Below are positions 10,535 to 20,331 of a DNA stretch of 64,000 nucleotides, piece after piece. The stretch's first letter is position 1, and every line of letters begins with the position of its first letter. A program made the position numbers and the translations under genes. Source of the DNA: Candidatus Poribacteria bacterium (lineage in GTDB: Bacteria > Poribacteria > WGA-4E > JAJDTR01); assembly GCA_965222225.1 (NCBI GenBank), contig CBDCTK010000002.1:96001-160000 (forward strand), read 5' to 3'. The notes under the pieces are model-generated. The model was not told the DNA's origin and searched no databases. It saw nothing but the letters and a program-made list of their open reading frames with translations.

Positions 10535-11215
10535 GTGAGTTGTGAGCAGATTGAATCAAAGTTCATCGCGACGAAAGACAAAGGCGAGGTCTCGTCACTG
10601 TTCATCTGCCCGGATGACGCAAAGTGGGTGCTGGTATTGGGACACGGCGCCAGCACGAACATGCGACACGCCACGCTTCAGACTATCGCCGAACGATTGG
10701 GGGACGTAGGAATTGCCACGTTTCGTTACCAGTTCCCTTACATGGAACGCGGTGGCGGCGGCAGGGAATCCCAAGTGGTCGCACTTGAAACCGTGCGGTC
10801 GGCAGTTCGAGCGGCACACGCTGCCGCCAGCGATTTATCGATTCTCGTTGGCGGGCACTCTTATAGCGGACGGATGTCGTCCCTCGCAGCCGCGGAGAGC
10901 CCACTCAAGGATGTCAGTGGATTGGTGTTTTTCGCTTTTCCGCTGCATCCTGCAGGCCGGGCTGGAATGGAGCGCGCTGAACACCTTGAGCACGTTTCGG
11001 TTCCGATGCTATTCTTATCTGGTACACGAGACAAGCTAGCTGACTTGGCGTTATTATCACCGGTTTGCGAAAGGCTTAGCGAAAAGGCATCGTTGCACTT
11101 GCTAGATACCGCCGACCACGGTTTCAAGGTGCTCAAACGCTCTTGCAAATCGACGGAAGATGTCTTCGTCGAGATGGCTCGGGTTGTCAAGGACTGGGCT
11201 AAAGGGCTGAATTAA
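10535..11215 (+). CDS. Alpha/beta hydrolase (KANL3/Tex30-like)
   Basis: LGHGA oxyanion segment, GGHSYSGR nucleophile elbow, GTRD and DH triad residues; start site uncertain. Confidence 0.85.
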   Translation: MSCEQIESKFIATKDKGEVSSLFICPDDAKWVLVLGHGASTNMRHATLQTIAERLGDVGIATFRYQFPYMERGGGGRESQVVALETVRSAVRAAHAAASDLSILVGGHSYSGRMSSLAAAESPLKDVSGLVFFAFPLHPAGRAGMERAEHLEHVSVPMLFLSGTRDKLADLALLSPVCERLSEKASLHLLDTADHGFKVLKRSCKSTEDVFVEMARVVKDWAKGLN

Positions 11216-11229
11216 ACTTATTCTGTAAA

Positions 11230-11340
11230 CACAATAAACCGAGATTTTTCCGACGCAGAATCGCGAATGGGTAGAGGCCGCTATCAAGATGCAAGCGCTC
11301 CATCCCAGAGACGACGACGGAGAAACTCGGTTTTTTTGTG
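11230..11340. repeat. Short element bounded by inverted repeats (MITE-like)
   Basis: CACAATAAACCGAGATTTTTCCG (11230-11252) is nearly complementary to CGGAGAAACTCGGTTTTTTTGTG (11318-11340). Confidence 0.5.
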
Positions 11341-11414
11341 GAACTTAACGACTAAAATCAAAATCATAGTTGTATGCTTTCACAATAATGGATATCCTTT
11401 ACTAACGAACCTTT

Positions 11415-11435
11415 GTAGGGTGGGCACTGCCCACC
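11415..11435 (+). repeat. GTAG-type REP-like palindrome
   Basis: GTAG followed by GGTGGGCA-C-TGCCCACC, a perfect hairpin. Confidence 0.7.
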
Positions 11436-11464
11436 ATTTTGTGGTTCAAGAAATCATCTGTGCT

Positions 11465-12073
11465 ATGAGTTGCACCATAGAGGGGCCATTGTCGAAAAAC
11501 ACCGTAATCATCGCGGGACCGAACGGCGCCGGCAAAACAACGTTCGTGTCCGAATATCTACCCGTATCGGGGGCCGAGTACATTAGCGCCGACTCCATCG
11601 CGGCAACGTTGGTATCTACTCCGGACGAATTTGACAAAATCAGAATTCGCGCCGGACGCTTGTTTCTTGAGAGAATCCAACGCCTTATTCAAGCGGAGGC
11701 GAATCTTGTCATTGAAGTAACCCTTGCGGGACGTGGGTTTCGGCGGAAAATTCATCAACTGAAAAACACTGGATACACCGTTGCGATTGTCTTCCTTTTT
11801 CTCAAGTCTCCCGAGGTTTGCATCGCCCGTGTCCGTAATCGGGTGATGGCGGGAGGACATGATGTACCAGAGGAAGACATCGTGCGCCGATTCTATCGGA
11901 GCAAACGTAACTTTTGGCTAATCTACAAGAACCTCGTCGATAAATGGGATTTGTTCTACAATTCTGGTGATAACCTTCAGGAAGTCGCTTCAGGTCAGAG
12001 CGATGAAATCTCGCTGACGAATGAAGTTTTATTTGAACTGTTTTTGGATGATGTGAAAAACGGAGGTGCCTAA
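11465..12073 (+). CDS. Zeta-toxin-like P-loop kinase/ATPase (COG4185 type)
   Basis: IAGPNGAGKTT Walker A; RVxxRVxxGGHDVPEEDIVRR signature. Confidence 0.85.
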   Translation: MSCTIEGPLSKNTVIIAGPNGAGKTTFVSEYLPVSGAEYISADSIAATLVSTPDEFDKIRIRAGRLFLERIQRLIQAEANLVIEVTLAGRGFRRKIHQLKNTGYTVAIVFLFLKSPEVCIARVRNRVMAGGHDVPEEDIVRRFYRSKRNFWLIYKNLVDKWDLFYNSGDNLQEVASGQSDEISLTNEVLFELFLDDVKNGGA

Positions 12074-12294
12074 TGGGTAAAGATGAATTAAGCCTTGAAG
12101 CTTATAAACAAACCCGTGAGTTCCTGCGAATCGGCAATCGTGCTGTCAGAAAAGCGCAGGAGGAAAACCGCAAAAAGGGGATTCCGAACGTCTATTCTTA
12201 CAATGGGCACATCTACTACGAAATGCCTAATGGGGAACTGACAAAAGAAGATCCCTTAAAGACCCTGAATCATAGGTGTGATGGCATGAAATAA
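12073..12294 (+). CDS. Small protein coupled to the zeta-like gene, putative antitoxin
   Basis: TAATG stop/start overlap with GGAGG RBS; AVRKAQEENRKKGIPNVY pattern typical of such partners. Confidence 0.65.
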   Translation: MGKDELSLEAYKQTREFLRIGNRAVRKAQEENRKKGIPNVYSYNGHIYYEMPNGELTKEDPLKTLNHRCDGMK

Positions 12295-12310
12295 CGAACA
12301 CATCTCAATT

Positions 12311-12490
12311 ATGGTAAATCGGATCGTGCGACAATTTGATCAGGCGCAGATCATCCTCTTCGGCCCACATGCCGGTCCCCAAAGATATCATTGTTTCAAC
12401 GCCGGATGAACATAAACACAAGCGAGATTGGGGCGGTTCAGTGCTGCGCTCCGCCCAATGAAAAGGAGTGTTTCTCTACGAAAAAGCCTC
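12311..12490 (+). pseudogene. Internally deleted minimal nucleotidyltransferase (MNT) relic
   Basis: MVNRIVRQFDQAQIILFGPHA jumps to PKDIIVSTPDE...SVLRSAQ*KGVFLYEK; the catalytic DxD segment is missing and there is an in-frame stop. Confidence 0.65.
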
Positions 12491-12583
12491 TGATAGATTT
12501 ACGGACATTTTCGAATTTGCGCCACACGGGAAATCGCTAGAAATTATCGAGATAACTGATTTTAGATGCTACTCGGGGGTTTT

Positions 12584-15158
12584 ATGGCACACGGAACTGT
12601 CAATGTCAGATTGAGACCAATTAAGTTGGCATTTCTTGTCAATCCGAAAGACAAGGATTCTCTATTGAAAGCGATAGAGATAAACACATTTCTTTGGGGT
12701 GGGATGTATAATCCAATCATTCCTACTTATGAGGAAATCCCTGGAAATTGGGAGGGCCTTCCGTCTAAAGATCTGACTCCCCAAAGCGTTGTATTGGGGT
12801 ATCAGGATAACTTTGACCCGGATTATGTGGTTTCGATGGGACAGTGTTCCGATTATACTTTTGATGTGGGCAATCGGCGAACAATTCATGACGTTTCAGA
12901 TATTCTTGCGCCGGTTGAGGAATATGGAATCCCAAGATACGGCATTGGCCTCTTTGAGGTTTTGAATTACTTCATAAATCGAGAACTCAAATTTCAACGT
13001 AGGGATCCGCTGGATATATGTGTGCCCTGTTTTGGGCCTCAGTATCGCACATTTCTAGCTAGCGTCTTTGGCATACTCTCTGAAAATATCAACACAATAT
13101 TCTGGGAAAGATTTGCCGGAGCTATGGACGCCAAAAAAACCGAGTGCTCCGATTCAAATTACGTTGAGATTCTTAATGCTCGGAAACTGTTTTTGCGACG
13201 TATTACGCGCTACAATCTTAGGGCGATTCGTAGCCGATGGAGCTGGGAGCAGTGCATATTTTTGCTTGATGCAACCAATTCCCCTGATATTATGGATTAC
13301 TGGAATCTCCGTGCTATTGGTTGGGACATAATTCCAATTCCCAAACAATTCGCTCAATATGACAATACAAAGCAACGTGCACTTGATTTCATTGAAGCTA
13401 ACCATGTTCCCCGCGACTCAAATCCCGAAATCTATCATCATACTGCCATCCTCAGAAGTCGTTCTATTTCTGAGGATGAACAAGAAAACTTTATTGACAC
13501 GCTTGATGTTCCCATGCCTGATGAACCCAGTAAAAGGTCAATGGTTGTGAAAGACCCTTCTTATCCGCGGATGTGGAACGAGTGGGCGCGACGTTACGAC
13601 CATGTCGAATGTTGCAATCTTGAAGCCGGTACGGCGGAATATGATATATCACCAGATCAAGATACTATTCGCTTTAAAACACTTGACCCGAAGTGTATCG
13701 GGCGATTTGCAGGGTACAGTGAAGCACGATTCGCAAACGAAATTGATTTGAGGCCGTATGACGACAAAGAGCTATTGGCGGAAGTGATTCCCGAAGGTGA
13801 CAGCCAACTAGCGAGGGTATTTGGCGGTTTTGATTTCCGAGATTGGCGTCTTTCCCGCAAGGGCTTGGTTTACTTGTCTCAATACCCAAGATCAACGGTT
13901 TCTTTCTCCGCGCCTCATGCGGAGGTGATAGTTTCAAAATGGCTGGCGTTAAGCGGGTGGAGAGTTAAACTCTCAAGCGCCGGACGCGTTGCCAAGCAAA
14001 TGATACGGCAACTGGGCGGTAAGAACGGGGTTGAAATCTTGGCGCAAGAAGGAATTATCAGGTTGTTAGCAGACATGAACAGCAGTAGTGTGATTCTGGA
14101 TGATTTGCATAAAGAGATAATAAAGCTGCAAAAACTGTTAAAACAACACGAATTTCAAGATGCGAACGACGAAGTCAAAGGGTTTGTAAAGCACCTCAAG
14201 GATATTGAAGTTCAATTAGGTAGTAGCGAAAAATCTATGTCGGAAGAATCTGTTTGGCCCAACGATTGGAAAAATTGCGAATCAGACAGAGTATTCGGGC
14301 ACGGCGCGAAGGATTCTTCAGCGGTTGATTGATGCAAGGGCTATTCAGTTAGGGCTGGATTTACAATGTCCAGAATGCGCACAATCCTCCTGGTATTCTA
14401 TTAAGGACGCCAATTACGAACTGCAATGTCCCAGATGTCCTAACCGGTTTTCGTTTCCTGCCGAATCTGGTGAAGTGAAGTGGGCATATCGCACAAGTGG
14501 ACTCTTCCACTCGGCTAATCAGGCTCACGGCGCTTATACGGTGCTATTGACGCTTCGATTTTTCTCCGAGTTGCTTGATGGTGCAACAACTCCGCTTATG
14601 AGTTTTACGGCAAGGAAAGGGAAAACGAACGAGATGGAAGCTGACCTAGCTCTGTTTTTTCAAGAATCAAAATTTGGTGCGTCCAAGACTGAACTGATAT
14701 TTGCAGAGTGTAAAACCTTCAACGATTTTCAAAAGAAGGATGCGGATAAAATGGAAAAATTGGGCGATGCGTTTCCGGGTGCAGTGCTTGTTTTTGCCAG
14801 CCTGAAAGAATCCTTGAGTGAAGAAGAAAACGCAGTCCTTTGTCCTCTAGTGAATCGTTGTCGAGAATACTGGAAAAACGAACGTCCAGTCAATCCTGTG
14901 TTGATTCTTACCGGAACGGAACTTTTCGCAGAATTGGATTTATTAAAAGCCTGGGAAGATGCGGGTGGTCTTCGTGCCGCATGCGCTAAGAGAATAGGAC
15001 CAAGAGACCTGCCTGAACTCTGTGATTTAACTCAGCGGGTTTATTTGGGCATGAAGCCTTGGCATCAATGGCTTGACGAAGAATCTGGACGCATGTCCTC
15101 CGTCAATCCAACTACTCCGAGAACACCAGATGGGGAAATAGTCCGCAGCGGCAACTGA
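12584..15158 (+). pseudogene. Large (~857 aa if repaired) protein with Zn-ribbon and C-terminal PD-(D/E)xK-like motif, split by a frameshift at ~14255-14262
   Basis: ORFs 12566-14332 and 14325-15158 join by removing one base in TGGCCCAACG (...W-P-T-I-G-K-I-A-N...RILQRLIDARAI); CPEC/CPRC; EADL...FAECK. Confidence 0.65.
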
Positions 15159-15181
15159 TTTATTCATCTTCTAGGGCAATC

Positions 15182-15202
15182 GTAGGGTGCGCACCGCGCA
15201 TC
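15182..15202 (+). repeat. GTAG-type REP-like palindrome
   Basis: GTAGGGTGCGCACCGCGCATC; near-identical inverted copy at 41955-41975. Confidence 0.7.
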
Positions 15203-15283
15203 ATCTTCAACCGACCTAAAATAACGACAGAGGCTGCTTCACCGTCTTTTACCTTAACCCAGAATGAAAAGGATGCGATTGGA

Positions 15284-15541
15284 ATGAATCTGACCGTTGA
15301 ACTAACAACAGATCAGGTCGTCAGTTTTGTTCAGCAGATGCCACTTGAAGAGAGGCAAACGCTACTGCTTACCATTGCAGAGCAGGTAGCAGCGAGTAGA
15401 GACGCACGAATGGCGCGTGCCGAAGTGGGGCTTCGGCAGTTATGTGCGGCACGAGGGATGAATTGGGACATAATGACCCAGGCAGAACGCGAAAACTTAG
15501 TTGATGATCTCGTTCACGAGGAGCGCGAATGCAGTCCATAG
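15284..15541 (+). CDS. Small hypothetical protein, possible antitoxin
   Basis: Intact 85-aa ORF; overlapped at its end by a 12-codon stub MQSIVVCDADVW* (15529-15567) resembling the first strand of a PIN toxin. Confidence 0.55.
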   Translation: MNLTVELTTDQVVSFVQQMPLEERQTLLLTIAEQVAASRDARMARAEVGLRQLCAARGMNWDIMTQAERENLVDDLVHEERECSP

Positions 15542-15605
15542 TTGTTTGCGATGCAGATGTTTGGTAGCCGATACCTACTGAGTTCTCGCAGCATAAGAGA
15601 ACACC

Positions 15606-15737
15606 ATGACCTACAGCAAAAAACCAATTGAAGTCGGATTGCCCCTAGACGCCATTAGTCGCGAGACGGCACGCGAGAAATCAATACGACATGGAAACCG
15701 ATTCACGTTTCACCTCTCGTTTGTTTTCATCCCGTAG
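15606..15737 (+). pseudogene. N-terminal remnant of a DUF1156 (adenine methylase-associated) protein
   Basis: MTYSKKPIEVGLPLDAISRETAREKSIRHGNRFTFHL resembles the family N-terminus KKLIEVALPL.AI...AREKSIRHGHPSTLHLWW. Confidence 0.75.
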
Positions 15738-15825
15738 CAGTGCCTACAGTTGCGATAAAAGATACGTTGTGCAACATCTTCAGGACTTCAACTGAACTAG
15801 GTAAAATAAGGAGACTCAAACTAGC

Positions 15826-17013
15826 ATGAGTAGGCTCACGGAATTAGCATTGTTATTGGCAATCGCGGTTCTGATTGTGGGCATCATCGCCTGCGATCAA
15901 CTAATCGGAATATTGACCGAAAAGGAACTGTCCCAGACCGTTCCAGCCCCGCCCCAATTGACAGTCATGAGCGGCGAGTTATCCATCGGACTTCTTTACC
16001 CTATGACTGGAAGACTCGCAGTGACCGGAGCACAAATGAAACAGGGGTTTGACTTGGCAGTCGAAGAGATAAATCATGCACAACTAGGCGGCGCCACTAT
16101 TAACTGCATCTCGGTAGACGATCGAAGTACGGTAGCCGGTGCGGTCGAAGGCTTCAACCAACTAATTCGTCAGACCGAGGTGCCGGCGATCATCGGTCCC
16201 ACCACCTCAAGTCAATGCGAAGCCGCCTTTCCGATTGCGCAAGCAAGCGGGATTGCGGCATTCAGCCCGACATCAGCTGCCACCGGTTTGAGCGCGATTG
16301 GGGATTTCATCTTCCGCGTCACGCTCACCTCGGATGCCCATATTCCGAATAGTGTCAGAGTAACTAAGGAAAAACTCGACTACAAGCATGCCGCATTGAT
16401 ATATGACGAATTGCACGCTATCGCCCTGAGTGGCGCCAACGCCTTTCGAAAGGCGCTAACTGAGAACGGTGTCGAAATCGTGGCGACGGAAACCTTCCAG
16501 ACGGGTGAAACCGACTTTTCGGTTCAACTCACGCGAATTAAGGGGTCAAATCCCGAGGCTATCTTTATAGCGGCATTGCCGCAAGATATGCCCGAGATTA
16601 TGATTCAAGCGCGGGAGCTCGGAATCCCCTTTGCCGTACCATTTATCGTGCCGGAACTGAGCATAGACGATGTGCGGGCGGCGGGGTCGGCTGCTGAGGG
16701 ATTGATATCTTCCACGAGTTGGTTGAGTACCGACCCGAATCCACTCAACCAAACCTTCATTCAGAATTACCGCGCGGCATACGGCGTTGAACCGAACACC
16801 TGGGCGGCACATTCCTATGCGACGGTCTACATTTTGGCTCAAGCAATCGCGAACGCCCAGTCTACGGATGCACAAGCCATTCGGAATGCCATGGCGAATA
16901 TCAAGAATCTTGACACCGTATTGGGAAATTTCTCGTTTGACGCTGACGGGGACGCTGTGCATGACGCAACAATACTTACCGTAGAGAACGGCGAATTCAG
17001 GGTCTTTGAATAA
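15826..17013 (+). CDS. ABC substrate-binding lipoprotein, LivK/LivJ-like (type I PBP)
   Basis: Lipobox IIAC; IGLLYPMTG, IIGP..S, DFSVQLTRIK, LGNFSFD motifs. Confidence 0.9.
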   Translation: MSRLTELALLLAIAVLIVGIIACDQLIGILTEKELSQTVPAPPQLTVMSGELSIGLLYPMTGRLAVTGAQMKQGFDLAVEEINHAQLGGATINCISVDDRSTVAGAVEGFNQLIRQTEVPAIIGPTTSSQCEAAFPIAQASGIAAFSPTSAATGLSAIGDFIFRVTLTSDAHIPNSVRVTKEKLDYKHAALIYDELHAIALSGANAFRKALTENGVEIVATETFQTGETDFSVQLTRIKGSNPEAIFIAALPQDMPEIMIQARELGIPFAVPFIVPELSIDDVRAAGSAAEGLISSTSWLSTDPNPLNQTFIQNYRAAYGVEPNTWAAHSYATVYILAQAIANAQSTDAQAIRNAMANIKNLDTVLGNFSFDADGDAVHDATILTVENGEFRVFE

Positions 17014-17162
17014 GATTCAATTGGAAGGTAGAAGGAGTTGTAAGGCGCACACCAATTCTCGACAACAAGTGCCCCCGGTTTTCCTCTTCGGTTTCCCTTC
17101 CATGCATCGGATTTTCGGTTCTATCGTTTCAATTGATGAAACAACGAGATTGAGTGCCAATT

Positions 17163-17583
17163 ATGAGTAACAAGACTAGGCTTGCGCTTGTATTCGCAGT
17201 TGTCGTTCTAGTGACCTGCATTTCCGGCTGCGATTAGCTACTTGGTATTCTTACAGATAACCAGGTGGCAGAAACAAATGAGCGGGTGCCTCAACTTACC
17301 GGTTTCTCGGGAGAGATACCAATCGGCATAGTTCTGCCGCTCACCGGGCGATTCATCTCGGAGTACGGCTACTTACCGACACAGCTCGGCGCAGAACTCG
17401 CGCTCATCGAAATTAAAAACGCACAACCCGGTGATGCCACAATGAAGGTCGTCAGCTAAATGGCAACCATCATAGATTTAGTCACGGTCTAGGGGACATT
17501 CTCCGTCGACGCTGTGGGGAGGGCGCGGTCTATGAACCTCTCACGCTCAGACTAGCAGATGGGCAGTTTAGAGCATTCAAGTA
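17163..17583 (+). pseudogene. SBP paralog relic with nonsense codon and large internal deletion
   Basis: Leader ...ISGCD then TAG at 17235; GEIPIGIVLPLTG; jumps to C-terminal GTFSVDAVG..AVYEPL...DGQFRAF. Confidence 0.8.
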
Positions 17584-17744
17584 TGGTTCAACCAGAACAA
17601 TAGTAAAAATGGAAGACTGGATGCTTGGAATGATGGTGACATTGGATAGGGCCACTTGACAAACGAATTGATTCCTAGGATATCGTTGTACCTCGTATCA
17701 CACATCATGTTTCAACCAAACGAAAAAGGAGATGCATCATCTAC

Positions 17745-18929
17745 ATGCGTAATATCGCGAATTTAGCGTTTGTGATGGCACTTGTAGTTCTAATTGTGGA
17801 CTTGTCCGCCTGCGATCAATTACTCCGGATATTGCCGGAAGACCAGATGACGGGTGCAGCAGTGCCTCAGTTTACGGACTTTAGTGGAGACATTTCGGTC
17901 GGCGTCGTTTTACCCCTATGCGGGCGGTTAGCATCTTCCTTCGGGGAGCCGATGGACCACGGGCTTCAACTAGCGCTTAAAGAGATCAACGACGGACAAC
18001 TCGGTGATGCTAGAATAAAATTCATGGTCGAAGACGACATGAGCACCGTAAACGGTGCAGTTGCCGCCTTCGAGAGACTAATACATCAGGATAAAGTGTC
18101 CGTAATCCTCGGTCCCGCGACCTCAGCCATGACCGAAGAGGCGTTTCCGGTTGCCCAGCAAAACACTGTTGTAGCTGTTAGCCCGACATCCGCCAAACGC
18201 GGTCTAAGCGCAATTGGCGAATATGTCTTTCGCGTCTCGCTCGCGACAGATGTTTTGATACCCAACGGAATTAATGCGACTCACGCGAAGCTGGCATATG
18301 AACGGGCAGCGACGATGTATGATGAAACCGATCCGTTCTCCGTGGACAGCGAAAACGCGTTGCAAGACCGTCTGGCTGCGATCGGAGTTGGAGTGTTGGA
18401 AACGGAAACCTTTGAGAGCGACGCTACAGACTTCTCCGCGCAATTAACTCGGATAATGGACGTAGATCCTCAAATTGTTTTTGTCTCTTCCCTACCACCC
18501 GAAAAGTCCGACATTCTAATTCAAGCGCGGGAAATTGGAATACCCGCCAGCGTACCAATCGTTTTCCGAACGCTAACTGCAGGGGATGTCGAAGCCGCGG
18601 GCAGCGCTGCCGAAGGGGCAATGACTTTTACAGAGTGGACAGGCGCGTCTGACATACCAAGGAATCAAACGTTCGTGCAGAATTATACTGCGAAATACGG
18701 AGTCGAGCCCAGTAACTATGCCGCCAGGGCGTATGGCGCCCTCTACGTGTTAGCCGAGGCAATTGCGAATGCAGGTTCAACGGATTCAACTGCGATTCGG
18801 AACGCCCTGGCAAATATCAGGAATCTTGACACCATCTTTGGCGAGTTTTCCTTCAATGATGTTGGTGACGCAGTTTACGACCCGATTGTACTCATTGTCG
18901 AAAACGGCGAACTCAAAACCTTCGAATAG
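17745..18929 (+). CDS. ABC substrate-binding lipoprotein, LivK/LivJ-like
   Basis: LSACDQL lipobox; full-length paralog; AAGGAG RBS. Confidence 0.9.
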   Translation: MRNIANLAFVMALVVLIVDLSACDQLLRILPEDQMTGAAVPQFTDFSGDISVGVVLPLCGRLASSFGEPMDHGLQLALKEINDGQLGDARIKFMVEDDMSTVNGAVAAFERLIHQDKVSVILGPATSAMTEEAFPVAQQNTVVAVSPTSAKRGLSAIGEYVFRVSLATDVLIPNGINATHAKLAYERAATMYDETDPFSVDSENALQDRLAAIGVGVLETETFESDATDFSAQLTRIMDVDPQIVFVSSLPPEKSDILIQAREIGIPASVPIVFRTLTAGDVEAAGSAAEGAMTFTEWTGASDIPRNQTFVQNYTAKYGVEPSNYAARAYGALYVLAEAIANAGSTDSTAIRNALANIRNLDTIFGEFSFNDVGDAVYDPIVLIVENGELKTFE

Positions 18930-18958
18930 TCGTATTATGCGTCACAATTTTCTATCTC

Positions 18959-20154
18959 ATGAACACTAATCAAATGACAAAGGTCGGCGTCGCTCTCGCA
19001 ATCATTGCCCTGATTGGAGGGCTTTCCGCATGCGATCAAGTCATTGGGATTTTATCTGATGGTGATACGCCACAGATGATGGATGTGGCGATTCCTCAGC
19101 TAACGGGAATAAGTGGAGAGATTGCCATTGGTGTCGTTAGTCCAGCCACTGGATCACTCGCCGGAGCTGGCGCACGGGCAGGCGGCGCCCTTGAGTTGGC
19201 TGTCGAAGAGATTAACAATGCACAGCTCGGCGATGCAAGACTTACGCTCATTTCCGAGGACGGTCAGAGCACTGTAGAAGGTGCAGTTGCAGCCTTCAAC
19301 AAACTAATTCATCAAGAGGGTGTGTCCGTTATCCTTGGGCCCGCCACCTCAAGTCAAGCCCAAGCCGTCTTTCCGATTGCACAGGAGAATCAGGTTGTGG
19401 CATTTAGCTCGACCTCAGCCGCCTCCGGTTTGAGCACGATAGGCGATTTTGTCTTCCGCGCCGGCCTCACCACAGATGTGCTGATTCCCAGCGGCGTCAA
19501 GGCGACTCATGCAAAACTCGGATACCGGAGTGTGGCGACAATGTACAATGAAAGCGAGCTGTACCCCACAGATAGCGACGAAGCATTGCAGGAAGCGCTT
19601 GCTGAGAACGGTGTCAAGGTGTTGGCGACTGAGACCTTTCAAAATGGGGATACCGACTTTTCCGCGCAACTGACGCGCATAAGGGAGTTGAGTCCTGACG
19701 CCGTCTTTGTGTCGGCATTACCACCAGAAAAACCTGGGATTATGATTCAAGGTAGACAGGTCGGCATTCCCACGGAGGTTCCATTTATTTTAGCCAGTTA
19801 AGCCTAGGCGCTGTGGAAAACGCAGGCGCCGCTGCTGAAGGGGCGATTACTCTTGCGAATTGGGCTAGCTCCGTACCCACCCCAGGGAATGAGGCCTTCG
19901 TCCAGAATTACGGAGCGAAATACGGTGTCGAACCGACGACCTTCGCCGCCTAGGGCTATGCCACGGCCTATATTCTAGCCCATGCGATTGCCAATGCGGG
20001 AGCCACCGATTCAACGGCTATTCGTGACACATTGGCGCAGACAAAGGAGCTTGATACCGTTCTGGGCAAGTTTTCCTTTGACGCCGTTGGAGATGCGGTT
20101 TATGCCCCGACCATTCTCATTGTCGAGCACGGCAAATTCGAGGTTTTCGAGTAA
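18959..20154 (+). pseudogene. SBP paralog with frameshift (~19799) and in-frame TAG (19951-19953)
   Basis: Homology continues from 19801 in another frame (SLGAVENAGAAAEGAI...FAA*GYATA...GKFEVFE*). Confidence 0.85.
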
Positions 20155-20256
20155 TAGGTTATCCGTTGTAACACGTGCTTAGTTCAAGGACTGGTTTCTT
20201 GGGGCCTTCGCTAAAAACGACGAAAACTGACAACGCACTAGTGGTGCTGAGATCTC

Positions 20257-20284
20257 GTAGGGAATAAAGATCGTTATTCCCTAC
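20257..20284. repeat. GTAG...CTAC hairpin (REP-like)
   Basis: GTAGGGAATAA-AGATCG-TTATTCCCTAC, perfect 11-bp stem. Confidence 0.6.
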
Positions 20285-20331
20285 AAAATCGCCATCATTT
20301 GCAACCGAAAATAAGGAGATTGAACATCAAA

